A DNA stretch of 64,000 nucleotides from Escherichia coli (GTDB taxonomy: Bacteria; Pseudomonadota; Gammaproteobacteria; Enterobacterales; Enterobacteriaceae), in the NCBI RefSeq assembly GCF_003018235.1, contig NZ_CP027437.1; one strand, written 5' to 3'. This document shows, in pieces, positions 42,516 to 52,826 of the stretch; the first letter of the stretch is position 1; every line of letters begins with the position of its first letter. Position numbers and translations under genes: made by a program. The notes under the pieces were generated by a model. The model saw nothing but the letters and a program-made list of their open reading frames with translations. It was not told where the DNA came from and did no database searches.

Positions 42516-43548
42516 CTGTTACCAATCCTGCAGTCACAATTACAATTCGTTTTCGCCCGTCTTCCATATTTTCTACTTCTGGTGCATTGTCTTCATCGTA
42601 GATAATGATTACATCTTCCAATGTTTCCAGTTTTCTCTTCCGGGGCTTCTGAATGTTATCGGGAATGATGCGGAAAGATTCACCTGAAATTCCTAAATCC
42701 TTTATTTTACGAAAAAAATACTTAACCAGAGGGTGTTCTTCCTCCAAAGGACCAAAAATCTGGGTCAACAATGGCAGTGCTTCATCAGTATTAAAATCCT
42801 GTTCGCCATGGCGTAAAGTTTCATAAATTTTGTTTACTCCGCTGCGCTTGATCTCTTCAGGTAGTAAGTTTCGATGCTTTTTATATACATCTTTTAATAC
42901 AGTAACTAGCTTATCGCTGAGCTGAGTTGGGTCATTGACGCGCTTAACCTGTAGAAATCGTTCAAAATAGACAGAGATGTTAGTACGTTTGCTGCGATCT
43001 CGTACGACAACTAATCCGCCCGGCAAATCTTCATTCAGCCGTACCAGTGCGATTTTCTGCATGGCTTCGGCTTTTTTAACGAAACTTTCGCGAAAGCGTT
43101 CGAGTTTAGGTACCTGAAACTCATCTCCTTCAACATCCAGCACATAACGGACTACATCTTCATTGTCATACTTAATCAACGCATACAGTTTCTCATCGTT
43201 GAGTGTATGAAGTTCAAAAAGGAAAAAAACGCCCATACTGGCATTCTTGGTATGGTGGTGAGACTGAAAATCGCTTGCCAATAAGGAGGATTGCTCAGTA
43301 AAGCAGCCGATATCGGTGTCTGCATGTTCCCTGATGATCCTCAGGATTCGCTCTGTATTTGACAACTCCTTAAAATGAAACATATTGCCACTAACTGCAG
43401 ATTTGATACGTTCCAGAAAGAAATCAACATGCTCCGGAGGGGAAATTTCGCTGAGTAAAACAGGGACTTCCAACTCACCGCCAACCACATGAAAAATCAT
43501 CCTTTTTATTGATAATGCATTGATTTCTTCATCCGTTAAAAAACTCAT
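42487..43548 (-). CDS. Hypothetical cytoplasmic protein (353 aa), first gene of the two-gene cassette; weak NdpA/YejK-like resemblance at most
   Basis: ATG start confirmed. Overlaps the downstream ORF by 29 nt. Acidic C-terminus. No confident domain assignment. Confidence 0.5.
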   Translation of the reverse strand: MSFLTDEEINALSIKRMIFHVVGGELEVPVLLSEISPPEHVDFFLERIKSAVSGNMFHFKELSNTERILRIIREHADTDIGCFTEQSSLLASDFQSHHHTKNASMGVFFLFELHTLNDEKLYALIKYDNEDVVRYVLDVEGDEFQVPKLERFRESFVKKAEAMQKIALVRLNEDLPGGLVVVRDRSKRTNISVYFERFLQVKRVNDPTQLSDKLVTVLKDVYKKHRNLLPEEIKRSGVNKIYETLRHGEQDFNTDEALPLLTQIFGPLEEEHPLVKYFFRKIKDLGISGESFRIIPDNIQKPRKRKLETLEDVIIIYDEDNAPEVENMEDGRKRIVIVTAGLVTDDIDIGKNR

Positions 43549-43744
43549 TTTTATTTCTCAATATAGTGTTTATATTTACTACCGTGAGCCATCTTACCTA
43601 AGCGTAGAACGTGGCGGAAAACACGATAACATTATTGCATAGCTTACGGCGTAACTTATCCTCGCCCCAGACAGAATAAACGTCAAAATAAAATAATGAA
43701 AATATGATCGAGACAGCATTAGCTGCCCCGCTTTCTTAGACTTT

Positions 43745-44998
43745 TTACATTATTAGGGCAAAATCAAACGGACTCACCCCCTTCTCCCGATTCGCATCCA
43801 GATAATTTGCCCACCACTGCAGCATCAACCTACGCTCCCCAAGATGTTCCGCCTTATGGATGTATGCCGCCCGCACAGAGCTACGCTCCTGATGGCTCAT
43901 CTGCCGCTCCACTGCATTCCTCGACCACAATCCTGATTCAATAAGTGAACTACAGGCCATCGTCCTGAAACCATGCCCACAGACTTCCGTTTTGGTGTCA
44001 TAGCCCATAACTCGCAAAGCCTTGTTCACCGTATTCTCACTCATCGGCTTATGCGGATCGTGATCGCCCACAAAAATCAGCTCTCGATTTCCATTCATGC
44101 TTTTGATCTTTTCCAAAATAGCTAAGGCCTGCCGCGATAAGGGTACAAGATGGGGAGTTCGCATCTTCGAACCACGCTGAGAATGTTTAACACCGTCCAA
44201 CGGTTCACGCTCACCGGGGATCGTCCACATGGCCGTTTCAAAATCCACTTCTGACCAACGGGCAAAGCGCAGTTCGCTTGAACGGATGAAAACTAACAAA
44301 GTGAGTTCGACAGCCAGTCGAGTTAACGGCCTGCCGGAGTAATGATCAATGCGGTGAAGTAATTCAGGTATGCGGTTAAGCTCCAGAGCCGCACGATGCT
44401 GTCTTTTAGCAGTAGCAACCGCACCGGTAATCTCTTGCGCGGGGTTGTAGTCGATTAAGCCGCTCTGAACGGCAAAGCGCATAATCGCGGTAGTTCGCTG
44501 CTGTAAACGGGCGGCGACTTCAAGACGTCCGGATGACTCCACCGCTTTAATGGGTACAAGAAGATCCCGAGTCTTAAGCTCTGCAATGTTCCGCTTACCG
44601 ATAGCAGCAAAGAGATTATCTTCTAGGCTTTTCAATACACGAGCACTATGCGATGCAGACCACTTCTGATTACTGGCATGCCAGTCTCTGACGACCACTT
44701 CAAACGTTATCGCCTCTTGCTCCTGTTCTACCTTAACCGCTTTCTTGTTTTCACTGGGATCGACGCCGTTCGCTAAAAGCTTACGCGCTTCGTCTCGCCG
44801 CGATCGAGCATCAGCTAACGAAACTTCAGGATACTTCCCTAGCGCCAGCATCTTCTCTTTACCACCGAAACGATAACGAAGCCGCCAGTATTTGGAGCCG
44901 TTAGGGTGAACCAGCAAAACCATGCCTTCACCATCAGTAAGTTTATAGGCTTTTGCTTCAGGCTTTGCCGAACGAACCTTCACATCACTCAGAGCCAT
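43745..44998 (-). CDS. int: P4-family tyrosine integrase
   Basis: 417 aa from MALSDVKVRSAKPEAKAYKLTDGEGMVLLVHPNGSKYWRLRYRFGGKEKMLALGKYP (P4-type integrase N-terminus). Catalytic region HGFRTMA...Y. Lies directly beside the tRNA-Leu 3' end. Confidence 0.9.
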   Translation of the reverse strand: MALSDVKVRSAKPEAKAYKLTDGEGMVLLVHPNGSKYWRLRYRFGGKEKMLALGKYPEVSLADARSRRDEARKLLANGVDPSENKKAVKVEQEQEAITFEVVVRDWHASNQKWSASHSARVLKSLEDNLFAAIGKRNIAELKTRDLLVPIKAVESSGRLEVAARLQQRTTAIMRFAVQSGLIDYNPAQEITGAVATAKRQHRAALELNRIPELLHRIDHYSGRPLTRLAVELTLLVFIRSSELRFARWSEVDFETAMWTIPGEREPLDGVKHSQRGSKMRTPHLVPLSRQALAILEKIKSMNGNRELIFVGDHDPHKPMSENTVNKALRVMGYDTKTEVCGHGFRTMACSSLIESGLWSRNAVERQMSHQERSSVRAAYIHKAEHLGERRLMLQWWANYLDANREKGVSPFDFALIM

Positions 44999-45196
44999 GA
45001 TGAATATCCTTTCAAGGGTTCTGTGTGGGTACAAACATTATCGAACCGGGATATACCCGCAGTTGTACCCGCATCAGTAAGTTGATGTAGATTGAATCAG
45101 GTTGACTTAGGTTGAGTGAAAAAGCGAGGAAAGCCTTGCGGATACTGGATTTCAGGCATAAAAAAAGACCTCAGTTGAGGTCTATTTACATACTTA

Positions 45197-45281
45197 TGGT
45201 GCCGAAGGCCGGACTCGAACCGGCACGTATTTCTACGGTTGATTTTGAATCAACTGCGTCTACCGATTTCGCCACTTCGGC
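45197..45281 (-). tRNA. leuX: tRNA-Leu (anticodon CAA)
   Basis: The minus-strand sequence reads GCCGAAGTGGCGAAATCGGTAGACGCAGTTGATTCAAAATCAACCGTAGAAATACGTGCCGGTTCGAGTCCGGCCTTCGGCACCA (85 nt), with a CAA anticodon loop and a CCA end. Confidence 0.9.
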
Positions 45282-45476
45282 ACTGAAGAGGTATGCGGAA
45301 AACGTTGTGGATTATACCTGTCGCACGCCACCATGCAAGCGCCAGCTTGCTCGCACCTCGCTAAGTGCTGAAATTTTCAGCATTGCATACAGTGATGTGT
45401 AACCTTTGTCACACTCCAGGCACCCCGCCCTGCCATGCTCTACACTTCCCAGACAACACCAGAGAAGGACCAAAAA

Positions 45477-46496
45477 ATGTCGATGATAAAAAGCTATGCT
45501 GCAAAAGAAGCGGGCGGCGAACTGGAAGTTTATGAGTACGATCCCGGTGAACTGAAGCCACAAGATGTTGAAGTGCAGGTGGATTACTGCGGGATCTGTC
45601 ATTCCGATCTGTCAATGATCGATAACGAATGGGGATTTTCACAATATCCACTGGTTGCCGGGCATGAGGTGATTGGTCGCGTAGTGGCGCTCGGGAGTGC
45701 CGCGCAGGATAAAGGTTTGCAGGTCGGTCAGCGTGTCGGGATTGGCTGGACGGCACGCAGCTGCGGGCATTGCGATGCCTGTATTAGCGGTAATCAGATC
45801 AACTGCGAGCAAGGTGCGGTGCCGACGATTATGAATCGCGGTGGCTTTGCCGAGAAGTTGCGTGCGGACTGGCAATGGGTGATTCCACTGCCAGAAAATA
45901 TCGACATTGAATCTGCCGGACCGCTGTTGTGCGGCGGTATCACGGTCTTTAAACCGCTGTTGATGCACCATATCACTGCCACCAGCCGCGTTGGGGTAAT
46001 TGGTATTGGCGGGCTGGGGCATATAGCTATAAAACTTCTGCACGCAATGGGATGCGAGGTGACAGCCTTTAGTTCTAATCCGGCGAAAGAGCAGGAAGTG
46101 CTGGCGATGGGTGCCGATAAAGTGGTGAATAGCCGCGATCCACAGGCACTGAAAGCACTGGCGGGGCAGTTTGATCTCATTATCAACACCGTCAACGTCA
46201 GCCTCGACTGGCAGCCTTATTTTGAGGCGCTGACGTATGGCGGTAATTTCCACACCGTCGGTGCGGTTCTCACGCCGTTGCCGGTTCCGGCCTTTACGCT
46301 GATTGCGGGCGATCGCAGTGTCTCTGGCTCTGCTACCGGCACGCCCTATGAGTTGCGTAAGCTGATGCGCTTTGCCGCCCGCAGCAAGGTTGCGCCGACC
46401 ACCGAACTGTTCCCGATGTCGAAAATTAACGACGCCATCCAGCATGTGCGCGACGGTAAGGCGTGTTACCGCGTGGTTCTGAAAGCCGACTTCTGA
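45477..46496 (+). CDS. ahr: NADPH-dependent aldehyde reductase (zinc-type alcohol dehydrogenase)
   Basis: 339 aa from [14 protein letters not shown]. Zn-ADH motifs GHEVIGRV and GIGGLGH. Confidence 0.85.
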   Translation: MSMIKSYAAKEAGGELEVYEYDPGELKPQDVEVQVDYCGICHSDLSMIDNEWGFSQYPLVAGHEVIGRVVALGSAAQDKGLQVGQRVGIGWTARSCGHCDACISGNQINCEQGAVPTIMNRGGFAEKLRADWQWVIPLPENIDIESAGPLLCGGITVFKPLLMHHITATSRVGVIGIGGLGHIAIKLLHAMGCEVTAFSSNPAKEQEVLAMGADKVVNSRDPQALKALAGQFDLIINTVNVSLDWQPYFEALTYGGNFHTVGAVLTPLPVPAFTLIAGDRSVSGSATGTPYELRKLMRFAARSKVAPTTELFPMSKINDAIQHVRDGKACYRVVLKADF

Positions 46497-46625
46497 TCCC
46501 TTTGCCGGGTGCCTGTCGCCCGGCGTTTAAATCTCTTTGGAAGGCGTCTCGCAATCTGCTGAATTTAGCGGTGAAGAGTGCGCAGCCGTTGCCTATACTC
46601 CAGGCAGGAAACTGGAGGATATCTC

Positions 46626-48128
46626 ATGAGCGAACCCCTGTTAATTGCCCGCACGTCGGACACAGAACTGTTTTTATTGCCGGGAATGGCGAATCGTCAC
46701 GGGCTGATTACTGGCGCAACGGGGACGGGTAAAACCGTTACGCTGCAAAAGCTGGCGGAGTCATTGTCGGAAATCGGTGTTCCGGTGTTTATGGCCGATG
46801 TGAAAGGTGATTTAACGGGAGTTGCGGAGGAAGGTACATCTTCGGAAAAACTGCTCGCAAGGCTTAAAAATATCGGCGTAAATGACTGGCAACCTCATGC
46901 TAATCCGGTGGTGGTGTGGGATATCTTTGGCGAGAAAGGCCACCCAGTGCGGGCGACGGTTTCGGATTTGGGGCCTCTGTTGCTGGCGCGACTGTTGAAT
47001 CTCAACGATGTGCAATCTGGCGTGCTGAATATTATCTTCCGCATTGCGGACGATCAGGGATTGTTGCTGCTCGACTTTAAAGATTTGCGGGCGATTACCC
47101 AGTACATCGGCGATAACGCCAAATCCTTCCAGAATCAGTACGGTAATATCAGTAGCGCATCGGTTGGTGCCATCCAGCGCGGGCTGTTATCGCTGGAACA
47201 GCAAGGCGCGGCGCACTTTTTTGGTGAGCCGATGCTGGATATCAAAGACTGGATGCGTACCGATGCCAACGGTAAAGGCGTTATCAATATCCTCAGCGCC
47301 GAGAAGCTTTATCAGATGCCGAAACTGTACGCCGCCAGCCTGCTGTGGATGCTTTCAGAGTTATATGAACAATTGCCTGAAGCGGGCGATCTGGAGAAAC
47401 CAAAACTGGTGTTTTTCTTCGACGAAGCACATCTGCTGTTTAACGATGCGCCACAGGTACTGCTGGATAAGATTGAGCAGGTGATAAGGCTTATTCGCTC
47501 AAAAGGCGTGGGCGTCTGGTTCGTTTCGCAAAACCCGTCAGATATTCCGGATAATGTGCTCGGACAGCTAGGTAATCGCGTTCAACACGCTTTGCGGGCT
47601 TTTACGCCCAAAGATCAGAAAGCAGTAAAAGCTGCGGCGCAAACCATGCGGGCCAATCCGGCGTTTGATACCGAAAAGGCAATCCAGGAACTGGGGATCG
47701 GCGAGGCGTTAATCTCGTTTCTCGATGCGAAAGGAAGCCCTTCAGTGGTGGAACGGGCGATGGTGATTGCCCCCTGTTCACGAATGGGGCCGGTGACGGA
47801 AGATGAGCGTAATGGCTTGATTAATCACTCCCCGGTGTATGGCAAGTACGAGGATGACGTGGACCGGGAATCCGCCTATGAGATGTTGCAAAAAGGCTTT
47901 CAGGCCAGTACCGAGCAGCAAAATAATCCTCCCGCGAAAGGGAAAGAGGTGGCGGTGGATGACGGTATTCTTGGTGGATTGAAGGATATTTTGTTTGGCA
48001 CTACCGGACCACGCGGCGGGAAGAAAGATGGTGTGGTGCAAACAATGGCGAAAAGCGCCGCCCGCCAGGTGACGAATCAGATTGTGCGTGGGATGTTGGG
48101 GAGTTTGCTGGGGGGGAGAAAAAGGTAA
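46626..48128 (+). CDS. yjgR: DUF853-family P-loop NTPase YjgR
   Basis: 500 aa from [10 protein letters not shown]. Walker A GATGTGKT. Confidence 0.8.
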   Translation: MSEPLLIARTSDTELFLLPGMANRHGLITGATGTGKTVTLQKLAESLSEIGVPVFMADVKGDLTGVAEEGTSSEKLLARLKNIGVNDWQPHANPVVVWDIFGEKGHPVRATVSDLGPLLLARLLNLNDVQSGVLNIIFRIADDQGLLLLDFKDLRAITQYIGDNAKSFQNQYGNISSASVGAIQRGLLSLEQQGAAHFFGEPMLDIKDWMRTDANGKGVINILSAEKLYQMPKLYAASLLWMLSELYEQLPEAGDLEKPKLVFFFDEAHLLFNDAPQVLLDKIEQVIRLIRSKGVGVWFVSQNPSDIPDNVLGQLGNRVQHALRAFTPKDQKAVKAAAQTMRANPAFDTEKAIQELGIGEALISFLDAKGSPSVVERAMVIAPCSRMGPVTEDERNGLINHSPVYGKYEDDVDRESAYEMLQKGFQASTEQQNNPPAKGKEVAVDDGILGGLKDILFGTTGPRGGKKDGVVQTMAKSAARQVTNQIVRGMLGSLLGGRKR

Positions 48129-48140
48129 GTCAGGTGCGAT

Positions 48141-48200
48141 TTGTCTTTGCCTGATGCGACGCTGGCGCGCTTTATCATGCCTAAACTACTGCAATATATT
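48141..48200. repeat. REP element plus conserved tail TGCAATATATTGAATTT
   Basis: gcctgatgcgacgctggcgcgctttatcatgcctaa followed by ctgcaatatattgaattt, the same tail as at 9380-9397. Confidence 0.7.
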
Positions 48201-48288
48201 GAATTTTCATGATTTTTCAGGCATGAACGAAGCACACTTTGCTAACAATAATAAAGGGAGCTTTCGCTCCCTTTATTCGTTCATCAGG

Positions 48289-49371
48289 TTACGATTTTCT
48301 CATTAACAGCCACAGGCTGATTAAGAAGAAGCTGGCGCTTGGCAACAGTGCGCCGATGATCGGCGGGATGCCATAAACCAACGTCAGCGGGCCGAAGATC
48401 TGGTCCAGTACGTAGAAGACAAAACCGAAGCTAATACCAGTGACCACACGCACGCCCATCGGTACGCTACGCAGTGGGCCAAAGATGAACGACAGCGCCA
48501 TCAGCATCATCACCGCCACGGATAGCGGCTGGAAGATTTTGCTCCACATGTTGAGCTGATAACGTCCGGCATCCTGACCGCTCGACTTCAGATACTTCAC
48601 ATAGTTGTGCAAACCGCTGATAGAGAGTGCATCCGGGTCCAGCGCCACCACGCCCAGTTTGTCTGGCGTGAGGTTGGTTTTCCAGGTGCCGCTCACCGTC
48701 TGCGAACCGGTGATCTGTTTCGGATTGGTCAAATCAGATTCATCAACCTGCGACAGACGCCAGACTTTATGTTCCGGGTCAAACTTCGCGGTAGCGGCAT
48801 AGCGTACGGATTGCAGACGACGATTCTCGTTAAAGGCATAAATACTGATGCCACCTAACTCTTCGTCACCTTTAACCCGCTCAATGTAGACGAAGTTGTT
48901 GCCATCTTTCGCCCATAAACCTTGCTGGGTAGAGAGCAACGAGCCGCCGTACATCGCCTGCGCACGGTAGTTACGCGCCATCTGCTCGCCCTGCGGCGCG
49001 ACCCATTCACCAATCGCCATCGTCAGCAAGACCAGCGGAATGGCGGTTTTCATCACCGACAGCGCAACCTGCATACGGGTAAAACCAGAAGCCTGCATCA
49101 CCACCAGTTCGCTGCGCTGCGCCAGCATCCCAAGACCAAGCAACGCCCCAAGCAGAGCCGCCATCGGGAAGAAGATTTGCACATCTTTCGGCACGCTCAG
49201 CAAGGTATACATTCCTGCGCCTAACGCGTCGTAACTCCCCTGCCCGGCTTTTTTCAGCTGATCGACAAATTTGATAATGCCCGACAGCGACACCAGCATG
49301 AACAGCGTCATCATGATGGTGGTGAAAATAGTTTTACCGATATAGCGGTCAAGTACGCCAAAAGGTTGCAT
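48289..49371 (-). CDS. lptG: LPS export ABC transporter permease LptG
   Basis: 360 aa from MQPFGVLDRYIGKTIF. Confidence 0.9.
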   Translation of the reverse strand: MQPFGVLDRYIGKTIFTTIMMTLFMLVSLSGIIKFVDQLKKAGQGSYDALGAGMYTLLSVPKDVQIFFPMAALLGALLGLGMLAQRSELVVMQASGFTRMQVALSVMKTAIPLVLLTMAIGEWVAPQGEQMARNYRAQAMYGGSLLSTQQGLWAKDGNNFVYIERVKGDEELGGISIYAFNENRRLQSVRYAATAKFDPEHKVWRLSQVDESDLTNPKQITGSQTVSGTWKTNLTPDKLGVVALDPDALSISGLHNYVKYLKSSGQDAGRYQLNMWSKIFQPLSVAVMMLMALSFIFGPLRSVPMGVRVVTGISFGFVFYVLDQIFGPLTLVYGIPPIIGALLPSASFFLISLWLLMRKS

Positions 49372-50471
49372 CACACCGCTCCTTTACGCGAAAAACTGGC
49401 GCGCAGGCGGCGGACCGGCACGGTGTCCCAAAGGTTGAGAACAATCGCCAAAGCCAGATAAATCAGGTTAACGGTCCACATCCACAGCGTCGGGTCCAGC
49501 TTACCTTTACCACCGTTCGATTTCAGGGAGGTCTGGATCAGGAAGAAAAGTAGATACAGCAGCATGGCTGGCAGCATCGACAGTACGCGTCCCTGACGCG
49601 GGTTAACCACGCTCAGCGGTACGACCATAAGCGCCATCATAAACACGGTGAATACCAACGTGATACGCCAGTTCAGTTCTGCGCGGGCACGATCGGTGTC
49701 AGTGTTCCACAATGTGCGCATGTCCATCTGGTCGGTATCGTTCGGGTCGAGCGCCACCGCCTGGTGACCAATGATCGCCTGATAATCCTGGAAATCCGTA
49801 ATGCGGAAATCACGTAACAGTGCAGTGCCTTCGAAGCGCGTTCCCTGGTTGAGAGTGACGACCTGGGAGCCGTCGCGCAGCTGGGTTAAATGTCCGGAAT
49901 CGGCCACCACCACAGAAGGACGTGCATTACCTTTTGGTCGAATTTGCGCGAGGAACACATCTTTGAAATCGCTGCCGTCAACGCTTTCGATGAACAGCAC
50001 CGAGCTGCCATTAGTCGCTTGCTGGAATTGCCCTTGCGCCAGCGCCGCCATGCCAGGGTTCGCTTTCGCTTCTGCTAACACTTCATCCTGATGACGCGAT
50101 GACCACGGTCCCGCCCACATCACGTTAACCGCCGCGACGATTGCCGTGAATACCGCAAGGATCATTGCCGCTTTCACCAGAACCGCTTTGCTCAGGCCGC
50201 AGGCATGCATTACCGTAATTTCACTTTCGGTATACAGTTTGCCCAGCGTCATCAGCAGCCCGAGGAACAGGCTTAATGGCAGGATAAGCTGCGCCATTTC
50301 CGGCACGCCCAACCCGAGAAGGGAGAGCACCAGATTCGCCGGAATATCGCCGTCAACCGCTGCGCCGAGGATCCTCACTAACTTTTGACAGAAGAAGATC
50401 AAAAGCAAGATGAAGAGTATCGCCAGCTGGCTTTTGAGCGTCTCCCGCACCAGATATCTTATGATTATCAC
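49371..50471 (-). CDS. lptF: LPS export ABC transporter permease LptF
   Basis: 366 aa from MIIIRYLVRETLKSQL. Its stop overlaps the lptG start by 1 nt. Confidence 0.9.
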   Translation of the reverse strand: MIIIRYLVRETLKSQLAILFILLLIFFCQKLVRILGAAVDGDIPANLVLSLLGLGVPEMAQLILPLSLFLGLLMTLGKLYTESEITVMHACGLSKAVLVKAAMILAVFTAIVAAVNVMWAGPWSSRHQDEVLAEAKANPGMAALAQGQFQQATNGSSVLFIESVDGSDFKDVFLAQIRPKGNARPSVVVADSGHLTQLRDGSQVVTLNQGTRFEGTALLRDFRITDFQDYQAIIGHQAVALDPNDTDQMDMRTLWNTDTDRARAELNWRITLVFTVFMMALMVVPLSVVNPRQGRVLSMLPAMLLYLLFFLIQTSLKSNGGKGKLDPTLWMWTVNLIYLALAIVLNLWDTVPVRRLRASFSRKGAV

Positions 50472-50734
50472 TTTAAATACGCCCGTAAAAACTCGTCTTT
50501 TGCAGGATTTTAGCTTGTTTCATGGCTTAAACGTCATTTATTCTCTTGAGTCGTCGAAATCGTCGCTAAGATAATTATACTCAACGGATTCACCTCTCAG
50601 ATTTTGTTCTGACGTGCCAATGCCGTAATAACGTTAAGATTAACACGAAGTCATCGCAACAGCGGACATGAGTTACGAAAGCTTGCAATTCTATCTGTAG
50701 CCACCGCCGTTGTCTTTAAGATTCAGGAGCGTAG

Positions 50735-52249
<1,515 letters not shown>

Positions 52250-52260
52250 GTTTGCGTTTT

Positions 52261-52294
52261 ACCCTCACCCTAACCCTCTCCCTAAGGGAGAGGG
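52261..52294. repeat. GC-rich palindromic extragenic repeat (boxC-like): CCCTCACCCTAACCCTCTCCCtaaGGGAGAGGG
   Basis: 9-bp stem CCCTCTCCC / GGGAGAGGG with a 3-nt loop. The 20-bp core is identical to the inverted copy at 21041-21085. Confidence 0.65.
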
Positions 52295-52382
52295 AACCGA
52301 TCGAGCGCAATAGAAATTCATTGCTCATCTTTCAGGGTGAGGAATGCAGCAATATTTAAATCCACCACAAGAAGCCCCATAT

Positions 52383-52826
52383 ATGAAAAACGCAACGTTC
52401 TACCTTCTGGACAATGACACCACCGTCGATGGCTTAAGCGCCGTTGAGCAGTTGGTGTGTGAAATTGCCGCAGAACGTTGGCGCAGCGGTAAGCGCGTAC
52501 TCATCGCCTGTGAAGATGAAAAGCAGGCTTACCGGCTGGATGAAGCCCTGTGGGCGCGTCCGGCAGAAAGCTTTGTTCCGCATAATTTAGCGGGAGAAGG
52601 ACCGCGCGGCGGTGCGCCGGTGGAGATCGCCTGGCCGCAAAAGCGCAGCAGCAGCCCGCGCGATATATTGATTAGTCTGCGAACAAGCTTTGCAGATTTT
52701 GCCACCGCTTTCACAGAAGTGGTAGACTTCGTTCCTTATGAAGATTCTCTGAAACAACTGGCGCGCGAACGCTATAAAGCCTACCGCGTGGCTGGTTTCA
52801 ACCTGAATACGGCAACCTGGAAATAA
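52383..52826 (+). CDS. holC: DNA polymerase III chi subunit
   Basis: 147 aa from [12 protein letters not shown]. The track ORF starts 13 codons upstream. Confidence 0.85.
   Translation: MKNATFYLLDNDTTVDGLSAVEQLVCEIAAERWRSGKRVLIACEDEKQAYRLDEALWARPAESFVPHNLAGEGPRGGAPVEIAWPQKRSSSPRDILISLRTSFADFATAFTEVVDFVPYEDSLKQLARERYKAYRVAGFNLNTATWK

Noticed and set aside
43745-45034. Longer integrase start (MYPHRTLERIFIM...)
   Set aside because: P4-type integrases begin at MALSDVK. The upstream extension has no ribosome-binding-site support, so the start at 44998 is preferred.
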